Below, one piece after another: positions 50,178-60,233 of a DNA stretch of 64,000 nucleotides. The position numbers and the translations under genes were made by a program. Under the pieces are notes generated by a model. It saw nothing but the letters and a program-made list of their open reading frames with translations, had not been told where the DNA came from and ran no database searches. This stretch comes from an uncultured Nitrospiraceae bacterium. GTDB taxonomy: Bacteria > Nitrospirota > Nitrospiria > Nitrospirales > Nitrospiraceae. Numbering within the stretch: the stretch's first letter is position 1; the number at the start of each line of letters is the position of its first letter. Location: the NCBI GenBank assembly GCA_963846575.1, contig CAWJWJ010000001.1:96001-160000 (forward strand), written 5' to 3'.

Positions 50178-51215
50178 ATGGGCCTAAGTTTGCTCGCTCG
50201 ACGGGACCCGCTCGCCGCGCCTTCTGAACAAGTGAGGCTGCTGGCAACGACGACGGCTTGTGCGCCATTCGAATCACGGCTCACGCAAGCGGGACTGGCT
50301 CCGCTGACGGCAACCGGCATCACGACGCTCCAGGTCAATGTCGGAAAACTCTGCAATCAGACCTGCCGGCACTGTCATGTGGATGCCGGGCCCGATCGAA
50401 CTGAAGTGATGTCGAAAGAGACGATCGACTTGTGCCTGCATGCCCTCGCTCGTACGGATATTCCCACGGTGGACATTACGGGTGGCGCTCCCGAACTCAA
50501 TCCGCATTTCCGTTGGCTCGTCGAACAGGCCCGCGCGTTAGGGCGCCATGTCCTGGATCGGTGCAATCTTTCGGTACTCCTGCTTCCCTCTCAACAGGAC
50601 CTGGGGGAGTTTCTGGCCCGGCACCATGTGGAGGTCGTTGCGTCCCTGCCCTCGTATCAGGCGTCTCAAACCGACGCGCAGCGTGGGGAGGGAGTCTTTC
50701 ACAAATCGATGGAGGCTCTCCGGCTGTTAAACGAGCTCGGCTACGGCAAGGAAGGAACGGGGCTCGCGCTGAATTTGGTGTTCAACCCGGTCGGCGCGTT
50801 CCTTCCTCCCAAACAGGCCGGCATTGAGGCGCAGTTTCGAAAGGAGTTGGCAACCCGTCACGGGGTCAGCTTCACCCACCTGTACACTATTACCAACATG
50901 CCGATCAGCCGGTTCCTTGAGTTTCTCATGGAGAGCGGCAATTACGAAGGTTACATGGAACGGCTTGCGAATGCCTTTAATCCGTCGGCGGCGACAGGGG
51001 TGATGTGCCGCTATACGCTGTCGGTCGGATGGGACGGCAGGCTGTACGATTGCGATTTTAATCAGATGCTGGAGCTGCCGGTCTCGCAAGGGACGCCAGG
51101 CCACATTCGAGACTTCGACCCCGAAGGATTAACGCACCGCCGGATCGCGACTGGAAACCACTGTTACGGCTGCACCGCTGGTTCCGGCTCCTCCTGCGGT
51201 GGGGCCGTGACCTAA
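50178..51215 (+). CDS. arsS: Arsenosugar biosynthesis radical SAM protein
   Basis: CNQTCRHC, DITGGAPE, VMCR, YDCDFNQML, HCYGCTAGSGSSCGG. Confidence 0.88.
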   Translation: MGLSLLARRDPLAAPSEQVRLLATTTACAPFESRLTQAGLAPLTATGITTLQVNVGKLCNQTCRHCHVDAGPDRTEVMSKETIDLCLHALARTDIPTVDITGGAPELNPHFRWLVEQARALGRHVLDRCNLSVLLLPSQQDLGEFLARHHVEVVASLPSYQASQTDAQRGEGVFHKSMEALRLLNELGYGKEGTGLALNLVFNPVGAFLPPKQAGIEAQFRKELATRHGVSFTHLYTITNMPISRFLEFLMESGNYEGYMERLANAFNPSAATGVMCRYTLSVGWDGRLYDCDFNQMLELPVSQGTPGHIRDFDPEGLTHRRIATGNHCYGCTAGSGSSCGGAVT

Positions 51216-51428
51216 ACTCAGTCCGAAAAGACCCCCACCCCACATTTCGCCGCCACACGTCCTCCAGGACCTCGCGCTCTCGCGGCCAGAACGGCCCGCT
51301 TCCCTCGCGGGCAGTCGGTGTCCGACCGACATCTCGACAACGCTGCAGGAGGAGCAATACTAGTCACGGATGCCGCCCGGCAGGACTGTCCACGTGCCAA
51401 TGTGAGATGGACCGGGGTGGGCGACGAT

Positions 51429-52589
51429 CTAGAGCGACGGTGATTTGACCTTCACCAGGCGAGGTTTTGAGACGGGGGGCCGCCGCATCACCTGCTTTAT
51501 TGTAGGCCATGGCTGCTTCTTCACGGGCGAGAGAGAGACGGGCTTGCCCGTTCTTGCGGAACGATACAAGGCTTGCACGATCTGGATGTCGATGAGCCCT
51601 TCCTGGCCCGATGGTTCGGGTTGTGAGTTCTTCAGGATACAATTTGAAAAATACACGAGCTCCGGCGCGAACTGATCCCGCGAGGGAAATCGGCGGACCT
51701 TGGTTTTTCCGTTCGACGAAAGCTGTTGCTTGAGAGGTCCTACGTATTCATAGGCAGGGTCTACCCGAACGGAGCCTCTGGTTCCAACCAGATCGTACGC
51801 GGACACGTCGGACGCACCGAAGCTACAGACAAAACTTGCCAGGCGGTTTCCGGGGAAGCGCATGAGTCCCGCCGTCATTTCGTCGACTTCCTTGAACCGG
51901 CGATGATCACCCCGCTCGGAAAAGGCACTGACCGAAGTCGGATTGTCCCTGAAGAGGTAGCGGGCGGCATTGATGCAGTAGACCCCGATATCATAGAGCG
52001 TGCCTCCGCCCAATTCCTTTTGCAGCCGGATGTCCCCCTCGCGCACCTGCATCGTAAATACCGAACTGAACAACCTTAAATCGCCGAGCGTCCCGGCTTG
52101 CGCAAGTTCGACCGTGTTCATGTTGGCCTCTTCCAAATGCAGTCGATAGGCCACCATGAGTTTCACCTTCGCCTTGTCCGCCGCATCGATCATACGTCGG
52201 CACTCCTCTTCCGTCACCGCCATGGGCTTTTCGCACAAAACATGAATGCCGGCTCGCGCTGCCCGCACGGAGTACTCGCAATGTAGATGATTCGGGAGGG
52301 CGATGTAGACGGCATCGATGTGCCCATCCCGCAGACATTGGTCATACTTGTCGTACGTATAGGTATGGGGAATTCGATATGTTCTGCTGAGCTGTCGAAG
52401 CTTCGTAGGATCATCCGACACGAGCGCCGTGATCACTGAATTGGACCGGGCATGGGCAAACGCCGGCAATACCGCGACTTGAGCAATATGGCCAAGTCCG
52501 ACAATGGCGTAACGTATAGGTTTGGCCGGCCGGCGATTCGATGAGCGGAGGGTGGTCCGAGACTTAGTGGAAACTGTGCGACGGGGCAA
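51429..52589 (-). CDS. Gfo/Idh/MocA oxidoreductase
   Basis: GLGHIA, HVLCEKPM, GGGTLYDIGVY. Confidence 0.88.
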   Translation of the reverse strand: MPRRTVSTKSRTTLRSSNRRPAKPIRYAIVGLGHIAQVAVLPAFAHARSNSVITALVSDDPTKLRQLSRTYRIPHTYTYDKYDQCLRDGHIDAVYIALPNHLHCEYSVRAARAGIHVLCEKPMAVTEEECRRMIDAADKAKVKLMVAYRLHLEEANMNTVELAQAGTLGDLRLFSSVFTMQVREGDIRLQKELGGGTLYDIGVYCINAARYLFRDNPTSVSAFSERGDHRRFKEVDEMTAGLMRFPGNRLASFVCSFGASDVSAYDLVGTRGSVRVDPAYEYVGPLKQQLSSNGKTKVRRFPSRDQFAPELVYFSNCILKNSQPEPSGQEGLIDIQIVQALYRSARTGKPVSLSPVKKQPWPTIKQVMRRPPVSKPRLVKVKSPSL

Positions 52590-52739
52590 GGGTGACCTCT
52601 CTGGAAGGTAGAGTATTCCGGAGTGGACCTGGACGCAGCTAGTGATTTCCCTCGTTATAAATGTAGTACTGGCGTTCTTTGAAGCAGGGCGCCGACTCGT
52701 CGTGCTGGTGCGGTCGGCGCCCTCCTTTCTAAAGGAAAG

Positions 52740-53351
52740 TTACTGGAAAGTGTACCGGACGCCGAAAATCATGCTGAGAGCAGAGGCTTCGCCGATATCG
52801 GCCTGGTTTCGCTTCCAGGCCACTTCGGTATTCAGCATAAGCCCTTTAGGCGCGCCGGAAAACCAGTTCGTCAAGGCGTAGTCCAGACCGCCCGCCGTTC
52901 TCCACGCAAAGGTGTCTTTCACATCTTTGGTATTGATATTGACGCCGATACCTGTTGAGACGTAGGGAATGAGTCCGCCGATATGACCGGGGCGGAATTC
53001 GAGCATGAGTGGGAGCAACGAAATGGTATCCAGGGACCCCCTGGCTTGATCTAGGCCGTGGTTCTCCCATTCCAGCATAGCTCCCAACCTGAACCACCGG
53101 TTGATTCCATAGAGAGCTTGAAAATTCAGCGCCGGCCCCGTGGTGTCCAACTGGCTCGGTTGAGTAATAAAGCTGGGACCGACGCGGATGCCCGTCGTCC
53201 ATTTTCCCGGCTCGGCCATGCCCTCATGCACCCATTCCGCCGCCACGCCAGGACTAGGCAACCATGCCAGCATCGCGCCCGCCAGGAACCCCATCCGCAT
53301 CAGATTCTTCATCCCCCGAGCCTTCATCTCGACCTCCTTTGATGTGACCAA
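52740..53351 (-). CDS. Outer-membrane beta-barrel protein
   Basis: Signal peptide; PYVSTGIG; C-terminal GVRYTF; start may be 53327. Confidence 0.75.
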   Translation of the reverse strand: MVTSKEVEMKARGMKNLMRMGFLAGAMLAWLPSPGVAAEWVHEGMAEPGKWTTGIRVGPSFITQPSQLDTTGPALNFQALYGINRWFRLGAMLEWENHGLDQARGSLDTISLLPLMLEFRPGHIGGLIPYVSTGIGVNINTKDVKDTFAWRTAGGLDYALTNWFSGAPKGLMLNTEVAWKRNQADIGEASALSMIFGVRYTFQ

Positions 53352-53548
53352 GTTAGGTAACTACGTCGTACGGCGAACCCTATGTACCATACCTTGCTTG
53401 ATTACCGCACTAGGGAGAACGATAGTGACCTGTTCCATGAAGCTGCCGGGACTTGTGAAGGATCACTTGTGAAGGATCCCGGCCCCGCTGCGGTCTGGCC
53501 ACGCCGCAGGAACTGAGCAGACAAACTACTGAGGCCGGCAGTGGAATC

Positions 53549-53980
53549 TTACGAAGTGTGAGACGTTGGGAAGTCAGTGAGGAAGGTTTTAATTTGGTGG
53601 AAAATTTCGTCGCGCACGCGCCGGAATACATGCCTTCGCGCGCTGTCCGTCTCAGCCGGTGCGGCCGGATCGTCAAAACTCCAATGCAGGAGGTGTGTGG
53701 GACCCGGCCAGATCGGGCAGGATTCTCTGGCGCGATCGCACACCGTGATCACCTGATCGAACGGTTGGCCCAGGAACTCTGCGACATGTTTTGAACGATG
53801 TCTCGAAATATCGATACCGACCTCTGACATCGCCTCGACCGAGCCCGAATTGAGTCCAACGGGGTTGGTGCCCGCGCTGAACACCTCGAATTGATCGCCT
53901 GCCAGATGACGCAACCATCCCTCCGCCATCTGACTCCGTGCAGAGTTTCCGGTGCAGAGGAACAAGACACGGAGTTTCAT
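53549..53980 (-). CDS. arsC: Thioredoxin-dependent arsenate reductase (LMW-PTP fold)
   Basis: CTGNSARSQMAE, VITVCD...CP, DDPA. Confidence 0.92.
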   Translation of the reverse strand: MKLRVLFLCTGNSARSQMAEGWLRHLAGDQFEVFSAGTNPVGLNSGSVEAMSEVGIDISRHRSKHVAEFLGQPFDQVITVCDRARESCPIWPGPTHLLHWSFDDPAAPAETDSARRHVFRRVRDEIFHQIKTFLTDFPTSHTS

Positions 53981-55071
53981 GGTCCGACCTCCCGGCCGAA
54001 CCAGTGCCTGGTTCTATTGCACATGTTGCAGACCGACAACATGACCGGCACTTCCACCAATACGCCGACGACCGTAGCCAAGGCTGCGCCGGACTCCGGT
54101 CCAAATAAGGCGATGGCCGTGGCGACAGCCAGCTCGAAGAAATTGCTGGCCCCGATGAGCGCACCGGGAGCAGCGATCGTATAGGGGACTTCCCATCGAT
54201 GCATCAATCCGTAGGCCAGTGCCGCATTCATATAGACCTGCAAGAGAATCGGCACGGCGATTAACCCGACGTGCAGGGGTTTGCCCAGGATGTTCTGCGC
54301 CTGAAAGGCAAAGATCAGCACCAAAGTGAGGAGTAACGACGCCATCGTGACCGGGGCAAATCGCGGGAGTAACACTTCCTCTACCCATTGTCGGCCATGG
54401 CGATGCACGAGCCACAATCGAAGACCTCCTCCAACCACCAATGGAATCACGATAAAAATCGCCACCGAGTACAGCAATACATCAAACGGAACCGCAATCG
54501 ACACAGCGCCGTGTACGAGCAGCCCGACAATCGGCACGAACAGGATCAGCAAAATGAGGTCATTTACGGCCACCTGAACGAGCGTGTAGGCAGGATCGCC
54601 CTCCGTGAGATAGCTCCAGACGAACACCATGGCCGTGCAAGGAGCGGCGGCAAGAATAATGGTTCCCGCGATGTATTGGTCGGCCTCGCCCGGTGTGATC
54701 CACGAGGAGAAGACGTATCGGAAGAACAGCCAGGCCAGGAAGGCCATGGAGAAGGGCTTAACCACCCAGTTCACGAATAAGGTGATGAGTAATCCAACCG
54801 GTCGCTTTCCTACATCACGAATGACAGCAAAATCGACTTTCATCATCATCGGCACGATCATGAACCAAATCAGCACCGCGATCGGCGTATTGATATGACT
54901 ACCCTGCCCGAACTCCGCGTCTCGAAGACTCGCGATCAGGCCAGGGGCGGCCTGTCCTATCACCACTCCCGCCACCATGCATGCCGCCACCCAGACTGTG
55001 AGATAGCGATCAAAAAATGAGAGTCGCCTGACGGTTACCTGTGGCCGATCGATCGATGAAGCTAATTCCAT
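53977..55071 (-). CDS. acr3: ACR3 arsenite efflux transporter
   Basis: DRYLTVW, APCTAMV, SNFFELA, GVLVEVP. Confidence 0.95.
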   Translation of the reverse strand: MELASSIDRPQVTVRRLSFFDRYLTVWVAACMVAGVVIGQAAPGLIASLRDAEFGQGSHINTPIAVLIWFMIVPMMMKVDFAVIRDVGKRPVGLLITLFVNWVVKPFSMAFLAWLFFRYVFSSWITPGEADQYIAGTIILAAAPCTAMVFVWSYLTEGDPAYTLVQVAVNDLILLILFVPIVGLLVHGAVSIAVPFDVLLYSVAIFIVIPLVVGGGLRLWLVHRHGRQWVEEVLLPRFAPVTMASLLLTLVLIFAFQAQNILGKPLHVGLIAVPILLQVYMNAALAYGLMHRWEVPYTIAAPGALIGASNFFELAVATAIALFGPESGAALATVVGVLVEVPVMLSVCNMCNRTRHWFGREVGP

Positions 55072-55107
55072 ATCTGTATTCCTTGGGCTTGGACACTTGA
55101 ATGCCGG

Positions 55108-55932
55108 TTAATCGGTACCGACCGGTTTTGCCGCACGTATAAAGGCACTCATGAACTTGCCTTCCATCTCATCCAAGAACCGCTCATCGTTCAGGTCGGC
55201 ACCGACCAGAAATGCTTTGACATCGACGGCCTGATAGACGCGCGTGGGTTCGATTCCGATCTCGACAAATCCCGCTTGGTTCAGCAGGCTTCGATACTCC
55301 ATCTCTTCGAGCGCTCCGGCCACGCAACCGGCCCATAAATCAAGATTCCGCCGCACTTCGGACGGAACTGCGCCTTTCACCACTATGTCGGACAGAGCCA
55401 GTCGCCCGCCGGGACGCAGAACACGGAATGCCTCCTCGAGCACCCGTTCTTTTTCGCCCGACAGATTGACGACGCAATTGCTGATGATCACATCCACCGA
55501 TCGATCGGGTAGCGGGATCTGTTCGATGGCCCCTTGTAAGAATTCAACGTTCTCCACGCCGGCCTTGCGCTGATTATCCCTCGCCAGGGCCAACATCTCG
55601 TCGGTCATGTCCAGGCCGTACACCTTTCCTGTCAGACCCACCCGTTTCGCAGAGAGCAGCACATCAATCCCGCCGCCGGATCCGAGATCCAGGACGGTCT
55701 CACCGGGACGGATTTCCGCCAAAGCGGTTGGATTCCCACAACCCAGCGAAGCAGCAACCGCGTCCACTGGCAGTTGCTCACGCTCCCCATCCGAGTATAA
55801 ATTGGAGGTGATCGGGTCGACATTTGCCATCGGTGGAGCGGCACCACAGCAGGAACTGCTTCCGCTCCTGACTTGCCTGGCAGCCGCACCATATTTTTGC
55901 TTGACGAGATCTAGTATCTCCTGCGGGTCCAT
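55108..55932 (-). CDS. arsM: Arsenite S-adenosylmethionine methyltransferase
   Basis: [33 protein letters not shown]. Confidence 0.92.
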   Translation of the reverse strand: MDPQEILDLVKQKYGAAARQVRSGSSSCCGAAPPMANVDPITSNLYSDGEREQLPVDAVAASLGCGNPTALAEIRPGETVLDLGSGGGIDVLLSAKRVGLTGKVYGLDMTDEMLALARDNQRKAGVENVEFLQGAIEQIPLPDRSVDVIISNCVVNLSGEKERVLEEAFRVLRPGGRLALSDIVVKGAVPSEVRRNLDLWAGCVAGALEEMEYRSLLNQAGFVEIGIEPTRVYQAVDVKAFLVGADLNDERFLDEMEGKFMSAFIRAAKPVGTD

Positions 55933-55955
55933 CCTCAATCCCTCCTCAGGCATCC

Positions 55956-55971
55956 ATCAATATTTATTGAT
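55956..55971. promoter_or_regulatory. ArsR box ATCAA-N6-TTGAT (internal)
   Basis: ATCAAtatttaTTGAT between arsR and arsM. Confidence 0.7.
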
Positions 55972-55988
55972 TCATCCGACAAAAAAAT

Positions 55989-56309
55989 TCAACAACAGCT
56001 CGCAGCCCGCCGCCCCCTCTTGGCCTGCCTGAAAGAGTCCACGAGTCCGTCCAACTCATCGAGGGCTTCGGCATTGACGCTGTAATACATCCACCGACCG
56101 TCCCGCCGGTCGATAATCAACCTCGCGTCCTTCAGCACCCTGAGGTGAAAGGACAGCCGTGACTGTCCGGATTGCAGTTGGTCCGTCAACTCGCAGACAC
56201 AGCGCTCTCCGTCCTTGAGCTCCTCAAGAATCTCCAACCGAGTCTGATCCGAAAGCGCATGAAACAGTTCAGCGGCGCGGGCCGGATGGTGAACCACACT
56301 TTTCTTCAT
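55989..56309 (-). CDS. arsR: ArsR/SmtB metalloregulator
   Basis: [28 protein letters not shown]; terminal CC. Confidence 0.93.
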   Translation of the reverse strand: MKKSVVHHPARAAELFHALSDQTRLEILEELKDGERCVCELTDQLQSGQSRLSFHLRVLKDARLIIDRRDGRWMYYSVNAEALDELDGLVDSFRQAKRGRRAASCC

Positions 56310-56316
56310 GCCAAAC

Positions 56317-56344
56317 AATATATCAACAAATCTTGATCAGTCAA
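56317..56344 (-). promoter_or_regulatory. ars promoter (TTGACT-N16-TATATT) overlapped by ArsR box at 56322-56337
   Basis: ATCAAcaaatcTTGAT lies in the promoter spacer. Confidence 0.7.
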
Positions 56345-56433
56345 GCACCACCATCTTAGCTGTTGCTCGCAGGTGCCCACTTTGTTAAGGTGCACCAGTG
56401 GCGACTTTGCCACTTCACTGAATTGAGTCACCT

Positions 56434-57471
56434 ATGGTTTGGGACCCGAAAGATCCTTGGAGCAAAAAAGGCGATGACTTGGATCAGGCCTTTAGACAGG
56501 CCCAAGGCCAGCTACGTAATCTCCTCCCCACCGGTGGAATCCGTAACCTCGTGGTCGTCGCGATTGCGATTTTCCTTATTTGGCAAAGTGCGTTCATTGT
56601 GGCGCCGGACGAGGAAGGCGTGGTCAAACGCTTCGGCATTCCAGTGCGAGTCGTCGATCCCGGTCCTCACATGAAGATTCCGATCGTCGAAAGCGTATTG
56701 CAGCCGAAGGTGGCAAAGCTCCACCGGGTTGAAATCGGGTTTCGCAAGGATCGCCAAGGCCGCCAGCAGATGGTGCCACAAGAGGCCTTGATGCTGACCG
56801 GCGACATGAACATTCTGGCGATTGAGTTCATCGTCCAATACAAGATCAAGAGTTCACGTGAATATCTGTTCAATGTGGCGGACATCGACGAAACCATCGG
56901 GAAGGCGGCGGAAGCCTCGATGCGGGAAGTTATCGGCAAGAGCAAGATTGATGAAGCCCTCACCACCGGTAAAGCGCAAATTCAAAGCGACACCCAGGAC
57001 CTTCTGCAGCACATCCTGGACGATTATAAAGCCGGCGTGCAGATTGCCGCGATTCAGCTGCAGGATGTCGATCCCCCCGAGGCGGTGGCTGCAGCGTTCA
57101 AAGACGTAACCAATGCCAAGGAAGATCGCGAAAAATTGATCAACCAGGCGCAGGGTTACCGTAACGACATTACCCCCAAGGCCAAGGGCGAGGCGGCGCA
57201 GCAAATCAATCAAGCGAAAGGGTACGCGCAGGCGAGACTCAACCGAGCCCAGGGGGAAGCCAATCGATTTCTGGCGACTTTAAAGGAATACAATCAGGCC
57301 AAGGACATTATCAGTAAACGGATTTATATCGAAACCCTTGAAGACGTGCTGCCGCACATCGACAAATTTGTCCTCGACGGTAAGGGTGGAGACCGTACCC
57401 TCCCATTTCTGCCGCTCGACCGGTTCACCAAGCCGGCCCCATCCGGTACTTCGCAGGAACGGACGCCATGA
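56434..57471 (+). CDS. hflK: FtsH modulator HflK
   Basis: WDPKDPW N-terminus, SPFH domain, PKAKGEA. Confidence 0.95.
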   Translation: MVWDPKDPWSKKGDDLDQAFRQAQGQLRNLLPTGGIRNLVVVAIAIFLIWQSAFIVAPDEEGVVKRFGIPVRVVDPGPHMKIPIVESVLQPKVAKLHRVEIGFRKDRQGRQQMVPQEALMLTGDMNILAIEFIVQYKIKSSREYLFNVADIDETIGKAAEASMREVIGKSKIDEALTTGKAQIQSDTQDLLQHILDDYKAGVQIAAIQLQDVDPPEAVAAAFKDVTNAKEDREKLINQAQGYRNDITPKAKGEAAQQINQAKGYAQARLNRAQGEANRFLATLKEYNQAKDIISKRIYIETLEDVLPHIDKFVLDGKGGDRTLPFLPLDRFTKPAPSGTSQERTP

Positions 57472-58328
57472 GCAAACAAGGATTCATCCTGGCTTTTGTC
57501 GGCATCATTCTCGGGCTCCTTATTTTAGGCGCGTCCCCGTTCTACGTGGTCGACGTGATCCAAAATGCCATTGTGGTTCAATTGGGGAAGCCGGTCCGGA
57601 ACGTGACTGAGGGCGGTCTCTACATGAAGATACCGTTCATTGAGGAAGTCACCTACTTCGATAAGCGCCTGCTGGACTATGATTCTAATGCGCAGGACGT
57701 CATTACGCAGGATAAGAAAACCCTGCTCCTCGATAATTTTGCCAAATGGAGAATAACGGACCCGCTCAAGGTTTATCAGGCCTTCCAGAGTCAACGAGGC
57801 GCCCTTCAACGATTGCACGACATTATTTACTCGGAGCTGCGCGTTGAACTGGGACGGCACGAACTGGCAGAGATCGTCTCCTCGACCAGGGCTCAACTCA
57901 TGGCCGTGGTGACACAGCGGGCGAATGAAAAAGCGTCGGTTTATGGAATTGAAATTCAGGACGTCCGCATTAAGCGAGCCGACCTGCCTGAGCAGAACGA
58001 AAAGGCGGTATTCTCCAGAATGCAAGCCGAGCGGGAACGGCAGGCAAAACAATATCGAGCGGAGGGTGCGGAAGAATCTCAGAAAATCAAATCCGAGGCC
58101 GAAAAAGATCGGGAAATTATTCTGGCAGAGGCCTATCGAGAGTCAGAGGAACTTCGGGGAGGCGGAGACGCAAAGGCATTCCGAATCTACGCGGATGCCT
58201 ATCGCCAGGACCCTCGTTTTTTTGAATTTACCCGCACGATGGAAGCCTACCGCAAAACGCTTAAAGACAGGACAACCATCCTCGTGAGCCCAGACTCCGA
58301 ATTTTTCCGGTTCCTCAAGCAACGTTAA
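57468..58328 (+). CDS. hflC: FtsH modulator HflC
   Basis: SPFH domain, RMQAERER, FFEFTRTMEAY; ATGA overlap with hflK. Confidence 0.95.
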   Translation: MSKQGFILAFVGIILGLLILGASPFYVVDVIQNAIVVQLGKPVRNVTEGGLYMKIPFIEEVTYFDKRLLDYDSNAQDVITQDKKTLLLDNFAKWRITDPLKVYQAFQSQRGALQRLHDIIYSELRVELGRHELAEIVSSTRAQLMAVVTQRANEKASVYGIEIQDVRIKRADLPEQNEKAVFSRMQAERERQAKQYRAEGAEESQKIKSEAEKDREIILAEAYRESEELRGGGDAKAFRIYADAYRQDPRFFEFTRTMEAYRKTLKDRTTILVSPDSEFFRFLKQR

Positions 58329-58335
58329 CAGCGCT

Positions 58336-60024
58336 CTACGAAAGCCCGACAATTTCTCCCGTCTGCGGATCCGTATCGATTCGTTCACCGACAGGCCGCC
58401 TCGGCAGGCCGGGCATCAGCTGGATTCCTGAACACACTGCCGTCAGGAATCCCGCACCCGCCAGGATCCGAACTTCCTGAATCGGGACGGTAAAACCGGA
58501 TGGTCGCCCCTTTAGTGCAGGATCATGGGAGAGGGACAGTGGTGTCTTCGCCATACAAATCGGCAAGTCGTCGGATCCCATTCTGGTCGCCAATTCTATG
58601 TCTCGTTCGGCTTGAGGCGAAAATGAAACTCCCGCCGCGCCGTACATCGTGGTCGCGATGGTCTCAATCTTCTTCTTGATAGGCCACGAGAGATCGTACA
58701 GATGTTTGAACTGTGTCTCTTGCGCAGAGATTTTGACGACAGCCCGTGCAAGGTCCTCCGCCCCACGCCCCCCATCAGCCCAGTGTGTCGACACCGCGGC
58801 CGCATCCGCACCCGCAGATTTCGCGCGTTCGCAAACCCAACTCAATTCCTCCGGCGAATCATCCTGGAAGGCATTTACAGCCACTACTACCGGGACCCCA
58901 TGAGCCCGCACGTTTGCAATATGCTGCTCCAGATTCGCAAATCCTTTTTCCAAGGCACTCTGATTCGGCCCGGATAGTCCGACGGGCAATGGGCTCCCTG
59001 CTTTTGCTACGCCCCCACCACCATGAAGTTTGAGCGCCCGAAGCGTCGCCACCACTACCCCGACATCGGGGCGGAGGCCTGAATTCCGACACTTAATATT
59101 GAAGAATTTCTCAGCGCCCAGATCACTGCCGAATCCGGCCTCGGTCACGACATATTCGGCGCAGCGCAAAGCCAACCGGTCCGAGATAACTGAGCAGTTC
59201 CCATGAGCAATATTTCCAAATGGCCCGGCGTGAACAAACGCCGGTGTCCCTTCCAGGGTCTGCACCAGATTTGGCAATAACGCGTCCTTCAATAACACCG
59301 CCATAGAACCAGCGCAACCGAGAGCTTCTGCTTTCGCGAACTCTCCGCTCTCAGTCAGACCAACGAGAATTCTCCCCAGACGTTGACGCAGGTCCGCCGG
59401 ATCACTTGCCAGAGCCAGAACCGCCATGATTTCAGAGGCCTCTGTAATCACGAACTGCCCGGACCGTGTATCACTACCTGCGCCGATCATGATATCTCGC
59501 AACGCTCGATCACTCACACCAACCGTGCGAGGCCATCTGATCGTCTGCGGATCAAGCTTGAGCGCGTTTCCATGGAAGAGATGGTTATCTACAAATGCTG
59601 ACAGCAGGTTATGACTGGCTGATACCGCGTGTGCATCGCCTGTAAAATGGAGATTGATCTCCTCCATCGGACAAACCTGCGCTCTCCCTCCTCCGGTCCC
59701 TCCGCCTTTAATTCCAAAGACCGGCCCCAGAGACGGTTGCCTGAGGGTGACCGCTGATCGGTATCCCAAGCGACAGAGTCCCATGCTCAGACCAATGGAG
59801 GTGGTCGTTTTCCCCTCACCCAGCGGCGTCGGGTTAATGGCCGTCACCAGAATATACCGCCCCAGTGGCCTATGCTGAAGTCGATTACCCAAGCTGAGGG
59901 AAATCTTTGCCTTGTATCGGCCAAACGGAACTACATCGTCTGAACTGATACCCAAGGCCTGTGCGACCTCAAATATGTGTTTCAGAGCAACAGAACGAGA
60001 TATCTGCAGGTCATTCATGGGCAT
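58336..60024 (-). CDS. fhs: Formate-tetrahydrofolate ligase
   Basis: TPLGEGKTT, GIKGG, NLHFTGD, GPFGNIAHG, TEAGFG, ICMAKT. Confidence 0.96.
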   Translation of the reverse strand: MPMNDLQISRSVALKHIFEVAQALGISSDDVVPFGRYKAKISLSLGNRLQHRPLGRYILVTAINPTPLGEGKTTTSIGLSMGLCRLGYRSAVTLRQPSLGPVFGIKGGGTGGGRAQVCPMEEINLHFTGDAHAVSASHNLLSAFVDNHLFHGNALKLDPQTIRWPRTVGVSDRALRDIMIGAGSDTRSGQFVITEASEIMAVLALASDPADLRQRLGRILVGLTESGEFAKAEALGCAGSMAVLLKDALLPNLVQTLEGTPAFVHAGPFGNIAHGNCSVISDRLALRCAEYVVTEAGFGSDLGAEKFFNIKCRNSGLRPDVGVVVATLRALKLHGGGGVAKAGSPLPVGLSGPNQSALEKGFANLEQHIANVRAHGVPVVVAVNAFQDDSPEELSWVCERAKSAGADAAAVSTHWADGGRGAEDLARAVVKISAQETQFKHLYDLSWPIKKKIETIATTMYGAAGVSFSPQAERDIELATRMGSDDLPICMAKTPLSLSHDPALKGRPSGFTVPIQEVRILAGAGFLTAVCSGIQLMPGLPRRPVGERIDTDPQTGEIVGLS

Positions 60025-60233
60025 CCTCTTCGCATTAAGAGTGGCACGGATTTTTGAATAAGAGGTGGTACACGGATATCACACCGTAGTGAAGCGCAAA
60101 CCACACTGGCACCCAAAGCGCCTTAGGGGAGGAGGATATACGATAGAATACGGGGGCAGAATAGAGACTACGAAGAATCAACCGAGAGGGAAATCGAGGC
60201 GGTCGTAGAAAACTCTTAGTTGGAACGAGACGA

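Noticed and set aside
60042..60058. TGGCACGGATTTTTGA as a sigma54 promoter
   Set aside because: The -12 GC is absent and it faces away from fhs
60025..60233. ZTP or THF riboswitch upstream of fhs
   Set aside because: Consensus elements not found on the minus strand
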